Shown here piece after piece: positions 59,857 through 64,000 of a stretch of 64,000 bases of DNA. A program made the position numbers and the translations under genes. A model generated the notes under the pieces. It was not told the origin of the DNA and did no database searches. It saw only the letters and a list, made by a program, of their open reading frames with translations. Every line of letters starts with the position of its first letter. Positions within the stretch are counted from its first letter, which is position 1. The DNA is from an uncultured bacterium (GTDB lineage: Bacteria; CAYUVA01), in contig CAYUVA010000007.1 of assembly GCA_964448115.1 (NCBI GenBank), positions 14,689 to 78,688 of the forward strand, read 5' to 3'.

Positions 59857-61326
59857 TCAAGGCTTATAGAACGCAATAGGGATAAGGCTTGGATCCGTGC
59901 CTTTGGTTACACGCATTAAGATACAGTCGCCATAAGTAAGATACTCGACCACAAAGATCCCGATCACCAACAGGATAAATATGATCAGCGCCTCCTGTGC
60001 ATACTCACGCACCAACCATCTTGCCAACGCGGCTATTGGAAAGGCTATGAGCAGATAAAACATGGTAAAAATGGCTAATGCAGACCTTGCCAAACCGAAA
60101 AAAAGGATATTGACCAGACAAGTGCCCAATATAACTGCAACGATTAAAAGCATGGTGCTTCTTCTCATAATAAAGCAAAAGACCATTCCGCAAAGCATCA
60201 GAGCAACCATTATCCACTTGAACGACTCCCCTAGCGGTATAAAGACATCCCCCTCCCTAATATATCCGTTCAGTCCGCTAGGTATATTGCTGATGAAGAA
60301 ACCATGCCTGAAGCCATCAAGAAAATAGTACAGTTTTCTTTTAGCCAAAAGTACAAACTCGCCGAAGTTCTTGCTTATATAATCAGCTCCCATCCGGTAG
60401 CCGTACTTGAACGGCTTGAAGATATCCCCCTTTTCCGGCTTGATGTTGAAGATCTTGCCAAATGCCTGCCTGTCGAAGCCTCCGCTTGCCTTGGGATTAT
60501 TGCCTATGAAGAAATTAAGCGGACCATTGAGAGAAATGGGGATAAATACGGTGATCTCGGTGCCGTGCCTTTTATTGTACTCCTTCATGTAGAAATAGTT
60601 CCTGACCGTCCAGGGAGCTATGACCGCAATAGACCCGATTGCTATTAACACAAGGTAGCGTATGCGATCTTTAATTGAAAATCTGACATGAAAAAAAAGC
60701 CAAATAAGCATTAGTGCACCAACTAGAACGAACTCTGAACGCACCAGGGCGGTGATCCCCATAATGAACCCAAGAACGATGCACCCTATTTTTGTTGTCC
60801 TCTCCGGTAATTTTGCCATTATATAAAACACTATGATAAGCAACAGCGAATAAAGAACCTCTGAGTTAAGCGACCCGGCTAGTATCCCTTGACCAAAGGA
60901 TAAGGCTGTAAAAAATCCTGCCAGAAATGCAGCATCCTTACCCACTATATATCTGCCCCCAAGGTAAACCAGCACTGCTGTAATGGTGCCAAGAACTGCG
61001 CCGATCAACTTGGCTCCAAAAAGGTTCACCCCAGTCAATAAATAGATTATAGCCAGGAATGCCGCGTAACCTGGCGGTTGGAAAGGCACATTGTATCCCT
61101 TACCTTCTATGATGTCGCTTGCTCTTTGCTGGTAGCTCAAAGCATCGCCGGAGAATAAGACCGAGTAGGGATACTTCTTGTAGGCATCTTTCTCCGGCTG
61201 GATGGTTATTGGATTGAAGGCTACGATATGCCATAAGCGTAGTGTGAATGCGAAGAGCACGATGATCATTATCTTGGAGTACATCACCCAGAAGGGATCG
61301 TCTTTTTCTTTGTAGTGCGGCTTCAT
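59857..61326 (-). CDS. Polytopic membrane protein, GT-C-like (ArnT/PMT-family) putative glycosyltransferase.
   Basis: About 12 TM helices. The first extracytoplasmic loop carries FSGDALSYQQRA, resembling the DE/DD-containing loop of GT39/GT83 enzymes. Confidence 0.45.
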   Translation of the reverse strand: MKPHYKEKDDPFWVMYSKIMIIVLFAFTLRLWHIVAFNPITIQPEKDAYKKYPYSVLFSGDALSYQQRASDIIEGKGYNVPFQPPGYAAFLAIIYLLTGVNLFGAKLIGAVLGTITAVLVYLGGRYIVGKDAAFLAGFFTALSFGQGILAGSLNSEVLYSLLLIIVFYIMAKLPERTTKIGCIVLGFIMGITALVRSEFVLVGALMLIWLFFHVRFSIKDRIRYLVLIAIGSIAVIAPWTVRNYFYMKEYNKRHGTEITVFIPISLNGPLNFFIGNNPKASGGFDRQAFGKIFNIKPEKGDIFKPFKYGYRMGADYISKNFGEFVLLAKRKLYYFLDGFRHGFFISNIPSGLNGYIREGDVFIPLGESFKWIMVALMLCGMVFCFIMRRSTMLLIVAVILGTCLVNILFFGLARSALAIFTMFYLLIAFPIAALARWLVREYAQEALIIFILLVIGIFVVEYLTYGDCILMRVTKGTDPSLIPIAFYKP

Positions 61327-61436
61327 GGCTTTATCTTAGCTACAAGTATAGATAATCGATCACTTTTAGCAAGAGTTAGCTAGTTGATACTTGACATCAG
61401 ATTGTAATAATAAAAGGATATCTACCTGGAAGCACA

Positions 61437-62438
61437 ATGTCGAATAAAGCGAATAGGGAGATTCTCCGGGTCGATGATCTGACCACTGTTTTCGACACTG
61501 AACAAGGTCTGGTTAAAGCGGTCGATCAAGTTTCGTTTAGCCTGTATCGAGGAGAAACCCTTGGCGTGGTCGGCGAGTCGGGCTGCGGTAAGAGCCTATT
61601 ATGCCTTTCCATTCTCGGATTGGTTCCTGCACCGGGTAGAATATTGTCAGGAAGTGTAATATTTGATGGCATGGATATTTTAAGATTAAACTCCCGTGAG
61701 CTTCGAGAAATAAGGGGTAATCGAATATCTATGATCTTCCAGGAGCCGATGACCTCGCTTAATCCAGTGATAAGGGTAGGCAGCCAGGTTACCGAGGCTC
61801 TAATCATTCATAAAGGGATGGATAATAAGGCAGCCAAAGATGAAGCTCTTAGGCTGCTTGCCCAGGTGGAGATCCCGGATGTGGACTACAACTTCAGGAA
61901 ATATCCCCATCAGCTTAGCGGTGGCATGAGGCAACGAGTTATGATCGCTATGGCTATATCATGCCAGCCGGACATACTCATCGCCGATGAGCCGACCACT
62001 GCTATAGATGTAACCATCCAGAACCAGGTCCTGAACCTGTTGGCGGAATTGCAAAAGAAGCTCGCTCTTTCCATGATCTTTGTTACTCATGATCTGGGTG
62101 TTATCTCTCGCATAGCTGATCGTGTGATAGTCATGTATAGCGGTAAGATAGTAGAAGAAGCTCCCATAAGGGAATTCTTGAATCAACCTGCCCATCCCTA
62201 CAGCAGAGCGCTTCTATCCTGCGCTACGAGTTTGAAGGATAGTTTTGATGCCCATTCCCTTATCCCGACCATACCAGGCAGGGTACCTAGTCCTTATGAT
62301 CTTCCTGAAGGCTGTCATTTCGATCCCCGATGCAGCGAGTCGTTCCAACCTTGTTCCGCATCAATGCCTCCTTTATTAGAGCTGACTAAAGGACACAAGG
62401 TAAGGTGTCATATATACAGCAACAAGCTGGCAAGATAA
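61437..62438 (+). CDS. ABC transporter ATP-binding protein, DppD/OppD type (peptide/nickel family).
   Basis: Walker [13 protein letters not shown] signature motif and the C-terminal oligopeptide-type extension. Confidence 0.85.
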   Translation: MSNKANREILRVDDLTTVFDTEQGLVKAVDQVSFSLYRGETLGVVGESGCGKSLLCLSILGLVPAPGRILSGSVIFDGMDILRLNSRELREIRGNRISMIFQEPMTSLNPVIRVGSQVTEALIIHKGMDNKAAKDEALRLLAQVEIPDVDYNFRKYPHQLSGGMRQRVMIAMAISCQPDILIADEPTTAIDVTIQNQVLNLLAELQKKLALSMIFVTHDLGVISRIADRVIVMYSGKIVEEAPIREFLNQPAHPYSRALLSCATSLKDSFDAHSLIPTIPGRVPSPYDLPEGCHFDPRCSESFQPCSASMPPLLELTKGHKVRCHIYSNKLAR

Positions 62439-63436
62439 TGGATATTCAATCAAGCAATACCCCAGAGCCGATATTGACCATCAGGGATCTGTTAAAAACA
62501 TTTCCCTATAAGAGCGGATTACCTGGTTTGGGAACTAGGGTACTGACCGCAGTTGATAATGTAACCGTCCAAGTTCAGCGGGGAGAGATCATGGGGCTGA
62601 TAGGGGAGTCGGGGAGCGGAAAGAGCACCATAGCCCGTTGTATCGTTCGCCTATATAAGCCAGATGGTGGATTGATCGCCTGGAAAAATAAGGATATAAC
62701 GAGAGTTAAGGGCAAATATCTAAAGTTAATTCGCAAGGATATACAGATGGTTTTCCAGGACCCCTATTCAAGCCTTAATCCCCGTCTGACCGTAGGCGGG
62801 GTCATCGCTGAGGTTGCCTTAACCCATCGCATTGTCCACAAGAGCAGGCTGCTTGGTTATGTAAATGGCTTGCTTGATCGCATGGGCTTGGAGGAGGATG
62901 CTTATTATCGATATCCCAACGAGTTCAGTGGCGGTCAAAGGCAGAGGATCGGCTTGGCAAGAGCATTGGCAACCGAGCCAGAGCTGCTTATCTGCGATGA
63001 GCCGGTCTCAGCACTGGATGTCTCAGTGCAAGGGGGCATACTGAATCTGCTCAAGAAGCTGCGCAGCGAGCTTGGTTTGACCATTTTGTTCATATCTCAT
63101 GACCTGAGAGTGGTGCGAATGATCTGTGATCGAGTAACCGTTCTTTACGGAGGACAAATTATGGAGCAGGGCGATAGCTATCATATTTTCGAGAAACCAG
63201 CTCACCCCTATACCAGGTCGCTGATCGCAGCGGTGCCGGATCCCTATCAGCCTGGTAAGCTTCCTTTGGAGCTTAAAGGAGAGATCGGTTCCTCAATTTC
63301 TGATTCCCGTGGCTGCCCTTTTACCCCTAGGTGCCCTGAAGCCTTTAATGTTTGTGCAAAAAAGCGACCCAAAGCTGTTTGTCTTGAAAAAAAGCATCTG
63401 GTATATTGTCACAAGGTTGACAAAAGGAAACAGTAA
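62405..63436 (+). CDS. ABC transporter ATP-binding protein, DppF/OppF type.
   Basis: Walker A GESGSGKST, signature FSGGQRQR, and a C-terminal Cys-containing oligopeptide-type tail. It overlaps the upstream gene by 34 nt. Confidence 0.85.
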   Translation: MSYIQQQAGKIMDIQSSNTPEPILTIRDLLKTFPYKSGLPGLGTRVLTAVDNVTVQVQRGEIMGLIGESGSGKSTIARCIVRLYKPDGGLIAWKNKDITRVKGKYLKLIRKDIQMVFQDPYSSLNPRLTVGGVIAEVALTHRIVHKSRLLGYVNGLLDRMGLEEDAYYRYPNEFSGGQRQRIGLARALATEPELLICDEPVSALDVSVQGGILNLLKKLRSELGLTILFISHDLRVVRMICDRVTVLYGGQIMEQGDSYHIFEKPAHPYTRSLIAAVPDPYQPGKLPLELKGEIGSSISDSRGCPFTPRCPEAFNVCAKKRPKAVCLEKKHLVYCHKVDKRKQ

Positions 63437-63549
63437 TAATAAAAAGAGTTCGCTTGTTTGCCTGGGTATCCAGATGACCAAGCTATGCTTTAAGGATTAT
63501 GATGTACATGAAAACTAGTATGATAATCAATTGCAGGAGGTTTCGTTAG

Positions 63550-64000
63550 GTGTTTGGTGTCCAGTTTTACCTGCTAGAGCTGTTCCACAAGGGCGGACCT
63601 ATGATGTGGCCGCTGCTATTCATCTCCATTGTCGGTGTAGCCTTTGTTATCGAAAGAGCTATCCATTACAAGAGGAACTCGATTAATATCAAGGCATTCT
63701 CAGGTCGGATCAAGGAAAGTATAGATGCAGGCAAGATCCAACAAGCCCAGGAGATCTGCGATGAGCCTACATCAAAGGGTCCCATCCCAGTCATAGTAAA
63801 GACCGGCTTGATGAAATACAACGAAGGGCGTCGTGCGGTTGAAAGAGTTATCGAGCAAGTGTCCGGCACCCAGATGTCAAGGCTGGAAGGCAACCTTATC
63901 TGGCTGGCGACGGTGGCGAATGTAGCACCCATGATAGGATTTCTCGGTACGGTCAGCGGTATGATCAAATCCTTTGATGTCATTGCCAAGCAGGGGCTTA
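63550..64000 (+). CDS. MotA/TolQ/ExbB-family proton-channel protein, 3'-partial (runs off the window).
   Basis: The frame is open to the window end. PMMWPLLFISIVGVAFVIERAIHYKR...ANVAPMIGFLGTVSGMIKSF is the TolQ/ExbB signature. The start is GTG 63550 or ATG 63601. Confidence 0.7.
   Translation, partial: MFGVQFYLLELFHKGGPMMWPLLFISIVGVAFVIERAIHYKRNSINIKAFSGRIKESIDAGKIQQAQEICDEPTSKGPIPVIVKTGLMKYNEGRRAVERVIEQVSGTQMSRLEGNLIWLATVANVAPMIGFLGTVSGMIKSFDVIAKQGL

Noticed and set aside
63666-63989. A 107-aa minus-strand ORF at the window end.
   Set aside because: It is antisense to the open, clearly TolQ/ExbB-like plus-strand frame that runs off the window.

Overview
This window looks like a gene-dense chromosomal segment from an uncultivated, probably anaerobic bacterium. 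I estimate GC at about 47% by eye. I see no transposases, integrases or CRISPR arrays. Coordinates come from the supplied ORF track, with a few start-codon refinements, and may be off by a few bases.

In order, the window contains:
- A partial secreted protein at the 5' edge with a PT-rich linker.
- A tRNA-Gln and tRNA-Glu pair on the minus strand, driven by a near-perfect sigma70 promoter.
- A multidomain sensor histidine kinase whose N-terminal domain is a degenerate KaiC/RecA-like fold, followed by a stand-alone receiver.
- A GH57-based glycogen cluster: glgC, glgA, three GH57 paralogs including a GH57 branching enzyme, and a GalT-like HIT protein. It is translationally coupled to tyrS, then secG and tRNA-Leu.
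- Two tandem CPA2 antiporter paralogs.
- An 829-aa protein with an N-terminal receiver, a duplicated DUF4388-like module and a C-terminal DnaJ domain.
- A membrane protein paired with a CPBP (CAAX-protease-like) protein, a HIT protein, a membrane-fused spermidine-synthase-like protein and a GlmU-N-like nucleotidyltransferase.
- A minus-strand type II secretion / type IV pilus-like module: a hypothetical secreted protein, pgk, a 727-aa polytopic membrane protein, two pseudopilins, a GspK-like protein, a GspE/PilB ATPase with N-terminal MshEN-type putative c-di-GMP-binding motifs, and GspF/PilC.
- Cell-envelope genes: a GT4 glycosyltransferase fused to a polyprenyl-phosphate sugar transferase, PBP2, accA and two further GT-C-like membrane proteins.
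- An F1Fo ATP synthase operon (b, b', delta, alpha, gamma, beta, epsilon) without atpB or atpE, with a near-consensus promoter that implies a leaderless atpF message.
- yjbQ, a GAF protein, a HicB-HicA toxin-antitoxin pair, orphan DppD/DppF-type ABC ATPases and a partial MotA/TolQ/ExbB-like gene at the 3' edge.

The most interesting observation is a shared C-terminal domain of about 90 aa, with a GYW-[DE]-[ST]-R motif and a distal LW[PS][YF] motif. It sits behind PT-rich linkers in three secreted proteins that carry jelly-roll, S8 peptidase and PPC domains. Two of the three bracket the T2SS/T4P-like module, so they may be its cargo or share a sorting or anchoring signal. I could not match this domain to any family from memory.
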